Shown: piece after piece, positions 24,817 through 37,177 of the stretch
Position numbering within the stretch: the stretch's first letter is position 1
Layout of the letters: the number at the start of each line of letters is the position of its first letter
Program-made: the position numbers and the translations under genes
Source of the DNA: Podarcis filfolensis
Taxonomy: Eukaryota
Strand: one strand, 5' to 3'
Length of the DNA stretch: 64,000 bases
NCBI GenBank assembly: GCA_964270895.1
Contig: OZ185446.1
The notes under the pieces: model-generated
Databases searched by the model: none
The model's input: only the letters and a program-made list of their open reading frames with translations
What the model was told of the DNA's origin: nothing

Positions 24817-25101
24817 CTCATCATTTAAGTTGCCATTTTCTTGTATAGCCTTAATCCATGCTAACATGTCATCTCTGTCTTCAGCTTGAAACAGGTATTC
24901 GCAATCTGACGTGGTGAGTCGAAATACATGCTTCCTTTTTGTATCGCTGTACGAAATGTCTATCAAACAAGCATTGATGCTGATGGGCTGCACCTCCTCA
25001 GAGGACAGAGTTTGATCTTTTTTATCCTTGTACAAGTATAAAGAGCAACCTTTCAGGACCACATGCATCTGCTTCCACGGCCGGATGCTCCCACTAACTC
25101 T
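24817..25101 (-). CDS. ARHGAP21: ARHGAP21 PH-domain exon [11 protein letters not shown]...[17 protein letters not shown]
   Basis: ttttccag|AGA...GAG|gtggtg, 285 nt. PH C-terminal helix Trp (AWIKAI). Confidence 0.96.
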
Positions 25102-25315
25102 CTGGAAAATATGAACCAGCATTATTGTTGAATAAAGTAAAATGGACAGACAAGATGCTTTACAGAAAACAACAACAACGAGTCCTTAGTCTGAAGAACT
25201 TTAGGTCCAAATTCAACAGTAGGAGAGAGAAGAGAGGAAGACGCAACCACTGACTAACCTCCTAGGCATTAACTTTTGAAAAGCTATTCTGAAACAAATG
25301 ACTGATGTTATACAG

Positions 25316-25662
25316 CAGTGATTCCCAAACTTCCTACCCCCGCAACCACTTGAAAATTGCTGAGGCAAACCACTTAATGATTTTTCTGCCCCTTTAGCAA
25401 TTGTAATTGGCTGCGCTAGATGCTATATGATTTTAATCATATTTTTAATGGTTCTTTTATTTCTTATACTGTATTTTATTGGATTGCAATTCAAATGTTA
25501 TAGAACTTTTAGGTAATACAATAAAATATACTTTAAGAATTTAAAAACCGTTAAAATGTGAATAAAAATCAATAAGAATATTTAAAGTTGACATGTGGTG
25601 GACCACCTGAATGAAACTCACAGACCACTGGTGGTTCACAGACCAAAGTTTGCGTACCCCTG
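25316..25662. mobile_element. Non-autonomous hAT (Charlie-like) element
   Basis: TIRs cagtgattcccaaact / agtttgcgtacccctg. 8-bp TSD ttatacag/ttgtacag (7/8). Confidence 0.8.
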
Positions 25663-26283
25663 TTGTACAGAATACTGTAACATGTGCAAAAATAAATAAG
25701 TAGACATTTATGCAACCACACTATTTTCTGACAGATTCACTGACTGGCTGCTGCTTAAATACTTCCCTAGCCAAACATGACAGTTTCCTTGCAGATGTGT
25801 GAAGGAGTGCAAAATATACAAGAAGTACTTTTACTGTCACCACTTCCATACATTTCATTTCCAGGCTTAAACTCCTTCTGGCTAATTCAGCACTGATGGC
25901 AGCCTGAAGAATCAGCAATTTGTTCTTACTACGGAGCATAGAGAACCTGACATGCAAAAGGATTCCCCTAATTTCATTAATGTTCCCTAGGTTCACTCTA
26001 ATTGCCAGAGAAACAGAACACTGCTGCAAGTGTATCAAGTCTGCATGCTTCAATCATATTTGGAAATACAGTCTCAAATACATCCTGATAGCTGCTGGGA
26101 ATGTTTCAAGAGCTGCTGAAAGAAAAGCAAACAAGTATCTAGCCCTTTCGGCTTGCAGTGAAAAACTTGCAAACACATGAGTAGTTTCTAGTAAAAAAAA
26201 CCATACGGACAAAAGAAGGCATCTAAATAATTAGCTACACAATTTGTATTTACTATTAGCTGTATGTTAGGAGGAAGCAGTAC

Positions 26284-26409
26284 CTTTCCCTTCTCTGTGC
26301 CTAGCTGTCGAAAATGAAGGCATCCTTCCTTGGAGACATCACCGATGACCTCTGAAGAAGAAGCTTTTCTGGACCCTGAGTTTTCTGAAGATGTTTGGCT
26401 GTCTGGGGC
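26284..26409 (-). CDS. ARHGAP21: ARHGAP21 exon [15 protein letters not shown]...[16 protein letters not shown] (PH start)
   Basis: tctttag|GCC...AAG|gtactg, 126 nt. Confidence 0.94.
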
Positions 26410-26692
26410 CTAAAGAAAACACCATACTGCATCAACTTTGTAATTAAAGAAACATGGTATGATCAACCACCTCTGTACTCACTGGAACAATACCTCTTCT
26501 TTTTTGGGGGGGGGCAGGATGGTGGATGCAAGGAGAAAGCAGAGACAGGTAGCTAACATCAGCTGCACAGTACAATTATTCAGCAGCTTGTTGCTGCTAG
26601 TCTCTGCATGCCCCCATTTTGCCTGTCTTCAAGAGGGACAGATGGGGACAAAGCATAACCAGTCACTGGAGAGCCCCACTGTGTCCCTAGAC

Positions 26693-27151
26693 CAGCGGTC
26701 AGCAAACTTTTCCAGCAGGGGGCTGGTCCAATGTCCCTCAGACCTTGTGGGGGGCTAGACTATTATTATTTTTTTGCGGGGTGAGGGGGATGATGCAAGA
26801 GCCCCATGAGCCCCAGTGGCTGCTTACCTGCGCCTTGCAAGTGGCAGGGGCTGGCGGTGGTATGAGCGGCGCATGAAAGGGCTCCGGAAAGGGGCTGCTT
26901 AAAATGGCGGCCACTCGAGTGCTGCTGCTGCTGGCACCAACAAAGCCCAGCCCCCTTCCTTCTCTAGGCAGCGCGGAGAGAAGCCAGGAGGAGGGAGGAG
27001 AAGGTGGCAGCGCCACCACCGTGTGAGGGAGAGGGAAAGAACGTGCACGCTGGAGATCCACGTGATGATTCCCGAACCGACTGTCTGCGGGCCGGATCCA
27101 GAAGGTAATTGGGCCTGATCCGGCCCGCAGACCTTAGTTTGCCTACCCATG
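26693..27151. mobile_element. GC-rich non-autonomous hAT (Charlie-like) element
   Basis: TIRs cagcggtcagcaaact / agtttgcctacccatg with a subterminal cggcccgc motif. TSD ccctagac/ccctagcc, resembling the NNCTAGNN Charlie target. Confidence 0.85.
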
Positions 27152-27269
27152 CCCTAGCCTAGACCAATCCTAGCTCACTTGTATCATACGTATAGGTGGC
27201 TGCAGTGCTTAAGATGGCTGCACACATGATTTGGATACTGTGTCATTGCACCACTTATCATCCAGATAT

Positions 27270-27460
27270 ATAGGAACATAGGAAATTGCTTTAAACTTAG
27301 GTCAGAATATATATTCATCTGGCACAGTATTGTCTACAGCACTCCAGAGTTACAGGAAGACAAAAGAGTTTTCCATCAACTACCACCTGATCCTTATAAC
27401 TTGCAATAACAGTGATGAAACCTAGATACTTTATGCATGCAATGCACTGGCTCTGCCCCC
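27270..27460 (-). mobile_element. Squam3-type SINE, degraded
   Basis: aggaacataggaaattgc...cagtattgtctac reverse tail. Confidence 0.55.
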
Positions 27461-27659
27461 AATCGAAGGTCTCTGCAAGGTATCAGTATCCAAAAATTCA
27501 ATGTAGTAAAGCAATTCCATTAATAAAGCCTATATCCTCACATACTTTTGCTCACCATAATGTTTAAACATGCACCACCATCACTGGGTACTCTTATTTT
27601 CACAGCTGATAACAATGTTCACAGCTGATAACAATTATCTTGAATAAAGAGTTACTGAC

Positions 27660-27696
27660 CTTAATTCCCTTTAAGCTAGATACATGCTTTATGGAC
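27660..27696 (-). CDS. ARHGAP21: ARHGAP21 37-nt microexon (M)SIKHVSSLKGIK
   Basis: gtctttag|G...AAG|gtcagt, phase 2 to 0. Confidence 0.93.
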
Positions 27697-27797
27697 CTAA
27701 AGACGGAGAGTAGATATTAGTGTCAACGTATCTGAATGCACACTTGGATATAGCATATATTCACAGACGCACTTAGATATTTTCATTCAGGTCTTAC

Positions 27798-27897
27798 ATT
27801 TTTCCTTCTCGATAGTCATCCAGTCCTTCATCATACGATTTGGACCTTTCACTTTTTGCAGGGAACTGACCATCCAGAACACTAGTCCTGATTGATT
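27798..27897 (-). CDS. ARHGAP21: ARHGAP21 exon (E)SIRTS...ERSKSYDEGLDDYREGK
   Basis: gactgcag|AA...AT|gtaaga, 100 nt. Confidence 0.94.
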
Positions 27898-28003
27898 CTG
27901 CAGTCAAAACAAATGCATATCCATTTATTTAAAAAACAAACAAACACCACCGCCACATTTCATCAATGGATTAGCTAAAGAAGCCTTGACAGCTGTGACT
28001 TAC

Positions 28004-28159
28004 CATGGTCATGGGATAGTTGGCGCCGAAAAGGGACAAGAGAGGTAGGGCTAGGAGGAACTGTAGCAATGGTGGGAGCGCGTGAGGCAGATGCTGAAAT
28101 AACAGCAGAAGCCGGAATGTGGGCGATATCATGGTCAGTACTGGGACTAGCTGGCTCAT
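28004..28159 (-). CDS. ARHGAP21: ARHGAP21 exon (D)[21 protein letters not shown]...RRQLSHDH
   Basis: cttgtag|AT...CATG|gtaagt, 156 nt. Confidence 0.95.
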
Positions 28160-28888
28160 CTACAAGGCAATACACAGCGAATTACTAAACCTTAAAAAGT
28201 GTCAATTAATTGGCCCAACCTGGGATAATGAGGTGTGGTATGGTGCCCCTGTGCCCTTACTGGACACACCAACACAACACCTCTGTGGCACAGACATTCC
28301 AGAAGAAAAATGATTAAAAATAGTTTGCTGCACTTTTGAAGAGGAAAAAACAAATTCATGTGGGGAAAAAACAAATTAATTAAAGAATACATACAATCTA
28401 ATTCACATTATTATTGAGATAATTGAATGAAAAGCAAAGATAAGATTGTAACATTTATAACACGGCTGGAAAAAAGAAGACATGTTAAACTGAAAAAAAA
28501 TGTACTATTGCAGTGTTCAGTTTCTTCATGAAATACTTTTTTCACAAGATTGTATATAAATCTAACTACATATACATTTGTCAATAAAACAAATCTTTTT
28601 TTAAAAAAAATCTATCAAGTGTCTGACTGCTGTCATTTAAGTGAGACTTCAATTAAAATAAGCTGGAAATAAGCAAAACAAACTACTTGAAAGTTATGCA
28701 TAAATAATCAAAACACACATTATAATTAATCTCCAGGCAAAGAAGGGAATTTTTTGTTATTTTCACAGAAAGCCTATGCCACTAGCACATATGCACTAGC
28801 ACAAGCACACCCAATGATCCTGTTATAATAATCAGTTCAGATTCACAGTGCAAGTTTTAGTATGTCAAAAGTTGCTACTGCTACATAC

Positions 28889-28976
28889 CAATTATCACTT
28901 CCAGTAATTGCTGATATAAGTTATCACAATCTGTACATATCCAGCACCTCGTAGTTTCTAGTGCCACAAGAGTCAT
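28889..28976 (-). CDS. ARHGAP21: Candidate alternative first coding exon of a short ARHGAP21 isoform (MTLVALETTRCWICTDCDNLYQQLLEVII)
   Basis: ttcttgactgttgcag|G ATG ... ATT G|gtatgt. Open frame whose phase-1 donor matches the next exon. No expression evidence. Confidence 0.55.
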
Positions 28977-29733
28977 CCTGCAACAGTCAAGAAAGCCTAA
29001 AAATCTTGAGATTCCCAGATTTGCAAAGATGCAGACCAGGCACGTATTCTAGAAGATAATATTAAGCCTGATCTATGAAATTCTAGAAATAACAGGATAA
29101 GCAGTTTTCCTAAACTTTCTATGTACAGGACAAAACTGTACAGCAATCCAGAGCATGAGCATGTTGCACTCTGATCATTAATATGTATTGATTCTAGGTG
29201 CTATGCATTTTAATACGCTGTGCTTCTGAAAGGCCCATTGAAATATGCAAGCCTTCACAAACAGAGGTTTATTCTTTTCTTTGAATGAACACATCAGCAC
29301 GTACTGCATTGTGTTTTCAAAGCGTAATTGATGGCTCTGCTTTAAGGAGGCAGTGCCTGTAGCATCCAAGTTTGGTAGTACATGCACATACAAGCACACA
29401 GACTTCTTCAAAATAATAATGACAACAACATTTTCAAGAATAGAAGGACTTAGCTAATTCTCTGGCATCTCCCCCTTTAAAACACTGAAACATTGCAGCA
29501 AGAGCTTATAGATGGGAGCAAGGCGTGACAATCCAGACTAAACACACATAAACACTTCACAGCTAAATATGAATATTCTTCCTAATGATTAGAAAACCAG
29601 ACACTTTAAAAGAAGCTGAATAATTAGCTGGCATTCATACAACTGTCACTTATTAACAATGATTTTATTTCTGAATAATTCTTAAAAGCAGGTCTTGAAA
29701 ACAAGATGCACTGTAGCATACATCCATACTACT

Positions 29734-29868
29734 NNNNNNNNNNNNNNNNNNNNNNNNNNNNNNNNNNNNNNNNNNNNNNNNNNNNNNNNNNNNNNNNNNN
29801 NNNNNNNNNNNNNNNNNNNNNNNNNNNNNNNNNNNNNNNNNNNNNNNNNNNNNNNNNNNNNNNNNNNN
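29734..29868. other. Assembly gap (135 N)
   Basis: Run of N. Confidence 1.
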
Positions 29869-31292
29869 CAGCCACTCTGTGCGGCCCCCAACAAAGTATT
29901 AAAAACACAAGTGAACATAAATTATAAACTTCCCCATGTCTTCCTTGACATCCTTCCTAGTTGTTTATTTCCTTGACATCTGATAATAATAATAATTTTA
30001 TTATTATCCAAGTAAACACATTCTCCTCATTAGCTGCTCTTTAAAAAAAAAAAAAGCTTTCAGAAGAGCTGTATTTGCAGTTGTTTGGGTGCCTCAGACT
30101 CCAACCAGAGTAAAAACCATTTCCTCTCATACCCAAGAATTAAGGTAATGTGTGTCTAGGAAACAACATGATTTCCCAGAGTACTGTACATGACATTTAT
30201 CCTACAAAAAAGAGCTTGTGAATCCCTGAAGAATTTGGAGCGGTTATGTCAAGCTTGAATAAATGTCATGCTATTAAAATATCAAGCATTCATTTTACAC
30301 TGAGCCAACTTCCTATGAACAACTTCAATGCATTTTTTCACATGCTGTTACTAGTCAGACAATTGTAAAATCACACACATACAACCTCTCCCCTCTACTT
30401 TTTAATAGGAAGGAAAAGATTAACAGTGTTCACAAAATCATCCATTTGCACTGTCAGGCAGGCCAGCATATGGTGCAGTCAGCTGATATGCACAATCTTG
30501 ACAGAAAACACTGCCCATTTGTTCAGGATGTACATAGCACAATTCCTGCAAAGAGCTTCACTGTGGCCAGTCTGTAAGGTAGTGTGAAGGATGTCAAGTC
30601 ACAATAGAGGAATTGAAATCAGAATACAGTTTAGAAAGATAAGTATGCGTCTGTTATTTTCATGGAATCCTCAAAACTTCCTAGTAGTAAAAATGACAAA
30701 TTTGCCTAGGCATAGTCTTCTAATTGAATCACACTAAATTTTGCTTGATGTATCTTAATGCAGTAAAATAGGATGTCAGAATCAATTTCGCTTTGGTACT
30801 TGAGTAATATTCCAGTAAGCTACATCATACACAGCAGCAAACAGCTATTTCAGACGGTCTGCAGCGATATCAACAAAGGAAAGACACAAACATCAAAAAC
30901 AAACTTTCATATATTGTGGAGTAATAATCTTTCATACTCCTGTCTTCAGTTTAACATCCATTCATAGCTAAGCCTCAACTCTGCAGAGCACCAAATGCCA
31001 ATGTGAACTTCCTGCCAGATATGTGTTTTAGAGTTCAACATTATGGCCAGGATCCAAATAACTGTGCAACTAGTTCTGAACACCCAAGGGCCTTTGATCT
31101 GCAGGTTCATGAATAGCAGCCATTCATACAGTATTGACAAACCATTCATGTCACTTTAAGGAGTTTTCAAAGCAGTTTGCAATATAGCACAGAATCCTGC
31201 TATTTGAAAGGGGAGGGGTGTCAGAATTTTTGAGCCCTATTAGCCTAGATTATATAATTTTGAACATGAAGACATTGCTACAACCTTTGAAT

Positions 31293-31420
31293 ACAGAATC
31301 ATGGAATTGTAGAGTTTGAAGGGATCCCAAGGGTCATCTAGTCCAACCTCTAGCAATGCAGGAATATCAACTAAATCATACATGACAGATGACCATCCTC
31401 TGCTTAAAAACCTCCCAAGG
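31293..31420 (-). mobile_element. CR1-type 3' tail fragment
   Basis: agaatcatggaattgtagagtttgaaggga...gggtcatctagtccaacc. Confidence 0.7.
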
Positions 31421-31439
31421 TGCAAGCATCAGTCAAAGG

Positions 31440-32030
31440 TAATGTAAGAAATGGCCATAAGGTGGTTGTTCCTGTTATCGTTATTGTTGTATCTCCTTTC
31501 ATGTGAGCCTCAAGACAATTTACAAGCATGCTAAAAAAAGGCTTAAAAACAACACAAGTAAACATGCTGGAAAAACTTAACAAAACAGAAATGTCTTCAA
31601 CTGTTTCTGCAAAGTACAAATAATGGGGCCTGATGTATATCAGAGGGATAAGTGTTCCACAAAATGGGGGCAGCCATACTGAAAGTCCTGCTCCAAGTTG
31701 CTATGCAGTGACTTCTGGTATTTTGGGTACTTCATAGAGATACTCTGCTGTAGAATACAGTAACCTACTGTAAGTGGTGTGGCAGTCTCTCAAGTAACTT
31801 GGTCTCAAGTTGTATAGGGTCGTATATGTTAGTACCAAAACCTGGAACTTGGCCCAATAGCAGGCAGGCAATGCAAAGCCGGCAAATCATGTGTTATATG
31901 CTGATGATTGTCTGCTACCATAGGCAGCCTGTCCATCATACTCAATATTAGATGCAGCCTCAAGGGTAGCCCCACAAAGAGCACACTGCATTAATCTAAC
32001 CTTGAGGTTACCAATGCATGGACAACTGTG
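31440..32030 (-). mobile_element. Degraded L2 LINE 3' fragment
   Basis: The reverse strand resembles the L2 VHALVTSRLDYCNxLxxGLPL...LQL segment (ccttgaggttaccaatgcatggac; gcctcaagggtagccc). Confidence 0.7.
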
Positions 32031-33475
32031 ATTCAGTGTTACAATCAACCACAAAGTCTCACAGTACCACTGGCATCTTACAGTTCATTCAGGAGGAATT
32101 TAATTTAGATAAATGAATGAAACCTGGTTCAGTAGTACGAGATATTTTTTATCTCACACCGGAGAGACACTCCGCTGTCACCCGAGACAGATGGATGCTA
32201 ACAGCCAACAATAACAACAGCAGGCCCAATCAATACCTGTTTACTTGGAAGTCAGTTTAGCTGAACTGAACGGGAGTTACTCCAAAGTAAGTATGTTCAG
32301 AAATGCAACCTTATATTCATTATTAAACATCACAGAAATGTGAATGATTCATGGGACTTAAGTTTACACACAAACTTTGAACATTTGTTTTATTATTATT
32401 GAACCCTTTTTAATATAGCAGGATCATATTGTATTTGAAAATATTCTTGCTGAAAGCGCAAGAAGCAAATGTATCAAAAAGTTGTTACTGATATTAGAAA
32501 CAATTGATTTAAAATTAGCAGGAGCTTTTAGGGGTTATAAGCAGCTGAAAAGACTAAAAATGGTAGCCAACTAAAACTGATTCAAGTACTATTTTCATCA
32601 TATTAAAAAGGAGGAGAGAAGAATCTTGGGCACAAGCCAATTCCATTAAAAATCAACATACCAGGCATTTGACAGATTATGGCAAGCTGGTTGATGGCCT
32701 ATTGGATGGAATGTTCTTGCGGCTGAAGCTTTTGTTACTTTTCTACTGGGTTTGTTTATGGGTTATTGGAATGGTTTTATTGAAATGTATTGTTTCATAA
32801 ACTGTGTCTATTAGCACATGGCGTCAATACTCCTCAGTACTTCTTCACTTGCAATGGGTGCGTGGCAAATTTGCATCTTCAGACCCTTCAGCGCTGATGA
32901 CATCATGGAGACATGTCTCGTATGGCAGGGGCAAGCTGTGTTTACCACCTGATTCTAAGGCACTCTAGAGTTCCAGTTGGATTTGGACTTAAAGGGAAGG
33001 GAATGAGCAACCCCTGCTGATCTCTCACCCCAAAGCCACTTTGGGGTTTCTTCTGGGCTAAAAGCTTCAGCCACCCAAATTTCAAAACCTTGCTTCCCAA
33101 AGATGCTATATGATATCAGGAATTTTTCCTGCAGCTGTTCTTGGAATATTTTAAAAATCCATGGGAACTGCTTCTCCCCATGAATCCTTGCACCAAGGAT
33201 GATGTGAGGATCTGATGGGAGTGCCTGCAACCAGCCACTAGATTTTTAGGGAAAGAAAAGAGAATGGTGCTGCCAACAGAACTCTTTAACATTTGTTTAA
33301 TCCATTACGAGCCAAACCCAAAATCTACATGAAGTTTGCAGTTTGCCTCATAAAGGAGTCAAGTTGTTTCCCCAATTTGGATCTGCAGTGATATTACTAA
33401 TTGGAAGTAAAAGAGTTTCACATTTGTACGATGAAACCACAATGCCAAGCTGCTGCCACCTTTCCAAAGGGCATA

Positions 33476-33709
33476 CAGTGGTACCTCGGGTTACATACGC
33501 TTCAGGTTACATACGCTTCAGGTTACAGACTCCGCTAACCCAGAAATAGTAGCTTGGGTTAAGAACTTTGCTTCAGGATGAGAACAGAAATCGTGCTACG
33601 GCAGCAGCGGGAGGCCCCATTAGCTAAAGTGGTGCTTCAGGTTAAGAACAGTTTCAGGTTAAGAACGGACCTCCAGAACGAATTAAGTACTTAACCCGAG
33701 GTACCACTG
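33476..33709. mobile_element. Tc1/mariner (pogo/Tigger-like) MITE, 234 bp
   Basis: Perfect 18-bp TIR cagtggtacctcgggtta, flanked by TA on both sides. Confidence 0.92.
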
Positions 33710-34629
33710 TACTAGTTAGACTAGCGGTCCTCTTGAAGAGAACATTAAATCTTTCAATCCTTATTTCCTATTTTACCTCTCAGCTACAGGGATTGCATTT
33801 TCCCCCTTAGAGGCCACAACTTTGTGGTAAAACTATGGTTTGTCTTTTGGCTTACTAGCCATTTAAATATGTTGTTGACATCTTTTCAGAAATCCCTAGT
33901 AAGACACACACACACATTAACAGCAGCACAGTGGTTAAAAAGCTGAGCTGAGATGCAATGCAATGACAGAATGCCTGAATCAAATTATCACATCTGCCAT
34001 GAATGTGGGATAGGCTTAGGCAAGAGACCTTCTCTCACTTTCAGTACAGAATCTGTAATTCTGAAAGATTTTTACCTTTTTTAATTAAATGTGCTGAGAA
34101 AATTATCAGGACTAATTTTGTAACTTTTTAATCAATCAAAATTTGTTTGTTGCACTGTAACCACTACTGAGTTCATTTTTGCAAATCGTTTTGTACATGC
34201 AGAAGCCGCTATTCATATTCTTATTAGTTTGGCTGCAACATTTAGTCAATCCATTGGTCAAATGAATCAATTAAAATATTTGGGACAGCAGGTGTTTTAA
34301 AGGAGATTCTTTAATGGTGCTTATCTTATGAAAACTGCAGATGGCAAGCACCATCTTCTACACTTTCTCCTCTATCTGAGAGAATGGGAAGTGACCATTC
34401 ATGCATCACCTAACAACAAAGAAAATAAACTTTTTTCTCTTTAGAACTATTGCTTTTTCTCATGTACATACATATGTAGATGGGGCATTATTGTTTTGCT
34501 TGTTATTATGCTATGTATTCTTGTGTATATCACCCTGTCATATTTGGATTAAAGGTGGTATGTAAATTTAATAAACATAAAAATAATAATCAATTAAAAC
34601 AACTATGATTTATTTAATTAGGTGATAGT

Positions 34630-35093
34630 AAAGGTAAAGGTTTGACCAAACTGCGGGAGGCAGTGGAGGACAGAAGTGTCTGGCGTGCTCTGGTCCATGG
34701 GGTCACGAAGAGTCGGACACGACTAAACGACTAAACAACAACAAAGGTAAAGGGACCCCTGACCATTAGGTCCAGTCGTGGCCGACTCTGGGGTTGCGGC
34801 ACTCATCTCGCTTTATTGGCCGAGGGAGCCAGCGTACAGCTTCCGGGTCATGTGGCCAGCATGACTAAGCTGCTTCTGGCGAACCAGAGCAGCGCACGGA
34901 AACGCCGTTTACCTTCCCGCCGTAGCAGTACCTATTTATCTACTTGCACTTTGACGTGCTTTCGAACTGCTAGGTTGGCAGGAGCAGGGACCGAGAAACG
35001 GGAGCTCACTCCACTGCGGGGATTCGAACCGCCAACCTTCTGATCGCCAAGTCCTAGGCTCTGTGATTTAACCCACAGCGCCACCCGCATCCC
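34630..35093 (-). mobile_element. Sauria SINE with 15-bp TSD, interrupted in its tail by a Bov-B fragment
   Basis: TSD taattaggtgatagt at 34615-34629 and 35094-35108. Body nearly identical to the 20478 copy. Confidence 0.95.
34641..34742 (+). mobile_element. Bov-B (RTE) LINE 3' terminal fragment
   Basis: ctggcgtgctctggtccatggggtcacgaagagtcggacacgactaaacgactaaacaacaac is the Bov-B 3' end with a (CAA)n tail. Flanked by aaaggtaaagg direct repeats. Confidence 0.92.
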
Positions 35094-35750
35094 TAATTAG
35101 GTGATAGTCTCAATTATATACTAAGTGACTGATTCAATGAACCATATTCCTTATTCCATGCACTCCTGAGTCTTTGGGCTTCTCTTTCTTAAATTTATAT
35201 GCCTGCCCACCTCTACCCCCAGTGCCACAAACCAAATCACTACTAAAGCTCAAAAGCAGTTTATGGCATGGGAACTACTTTTCAAAGGAAAACTTTTTTT
35301 AAAATCCCATTGAGGATGTCTAAGGGCTTAGCACGCCTAAGTAGCTCCCTGGATCCAAACCAAACTAAATAGGCCAAGTTAAACTAGCACTTATAGAAAA
35401 CTATTAAAATTCTTTAAATAGGTTTTTTTTAAAAAAAATCCTAGAAATAAAATACATCACAGCAAGGTCTTAAAAGGGTTTGGGTCAGTAGTAGCAATCA
35501 GGTCAGCAGTGACATGTAGTACTGTGTCTTTACTGTATGTTTAATTCTTTGCATATCGAAGATTTTGCAGAAATTAATAATGCTGACATAAGGTGCACCT
35601 GGTGAGGAGGGGATAGATGTTAGTAAGAGGCTACTGCCTCTGAGGGGAAAACATGCACTGGGTGGAATTGGCCATTTAGCAGCTGAATGCCTGCACACTG
35701 CTATTCCAGCCATCTACTGTTTTCAGTATAACCTCTCCTACAGTCTTAAG

Positions 35751-35889
35751 CAGGGATGGCTAACATGTCACCCTCATATATTGCTGGACCACAACTCCCA
35801 TCGTCCCTGACCACTGGGCCATGCTGGTTGGGCCAATGCAATTTGGAGTCCAAAAATATCTAGAAGGTTCACGGGGCAAGCCCTCCCAG
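35751..35889. mobile_element. Short hAT-like palindromic MITE, degraded
   Basis: cagggatgg...acaactcccatc...catgctgg...ggagtccaa internal symmetry. A related copy lies at 42848-42956. Confidence 0.55.
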
Positions 35890-37132
35890 TAAAAACAAAT
35901 AAATTATGTCTGATCTGAAAATGTCCACTTACCTACTCAACTACCACAAGTAAGAATGACCTCCATGTAATGCAGGCAAGGAAGCTCTTGCCATTTTGAT
36001 AGGTTGTTCCCTCTTTCGAGCCATTAATATACCACAAGTAGGTCCAAAACATTATATAGGATTTCTAAGTCTATTTGGGAAATTGCACAATTTCCCTCAC
36101 TGCTGCTTGCTGGACACGGGTGCTGTGCGGCGACTAAAACCTGACAATGAAACTTGAGTATTTGAGGCAAAATTGCTCCCATGAACTTCAGTGGAAGAAC
36201 AGCATATGAATTATGTCTGTCAACCAATTAAAGAACTGTTAGTCAATTAGCAATGTGAGTTTAAGTGAATTAATTCATTGATTAATTGATTAAATTGAAA
36301 ACCCATCTATTTTTACCAGGCCTTTGTGGGTGGGGTAGTTGGTCAGATTTCGGTTTTTATTGTTATGATTGCTTCTGCTGAAGTTTCATCTTCTCCTTTG
36401 ACCTGTTTCACTTTACAACTGGTTTTAATTTATACTATTATACCTTGCCCTGGTATTGCAGTGTGATTAAAGTAAAGTTAAAAATATTTTACTATTAATT
36501 TATAAAATGGGTGATAACCAGTGTTAAGTCATAGGCAGACCTACTGAGATCAACTGACTTAGGTCTTAGTTTGTTATCAGCCCTCAAAAAAATATTCATA
36601 AATATGTATGTGAGGAAAACCAATAGCTCTGAAGCCATAAGTATACTTACTGCATTATTAGACAATGCATGAATATCATATAAGACATTATCTTAGAAGA
36701 GGCATTCCCTGCTTTGTATGTGAAAGAAGGGGGGATGCCTCTTAAGACTAATTAGCATCTGCTGTTTTACAAACATCTGCATTTAATAGAATAAGAATAG
36801 AATAGAATAGAATAATTAGGGCAGCTATTTAAACGACTGAAAGGTTAACCAATCAATAGATTCAATACTGCAGCCCTAATATAAATTATTGCCATCTACT
36901 TTGCTCTTCTTAATCTCTCCAGCAATGTCATGACTTAGCTGACCTTCACATGTATCAGCAGCTACTGTCAGCTCTCTGTGCACCTATGCTGCAGCACACC
37001 TGTGCATTGAGATATTCTTAGGAAACCAACTTACAACTTGAGTTAAAGTATAACTGTCACAACCACAGCCTCAAAAACCACATATGTAAGCATCTGAAAG
37101 CCTGATTAATGTTAACAGTACATCAAGTGCAT

Positions 37133-37176
<44 letters not shown>

Positions 37177-37177
37177 C
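37133..37177. repeat. (AAC)15 microsatellite
   Basis: Perfect trinucleotide run. Confidence 0.98.

Noticed and set aside
32130-32200. Possible 38-nt cassette exon (ctgttag|CATCC...TCCG|gtgtga)
   Set aside because: Weak donor, an in-frame TGA in the required phase, and no other support.
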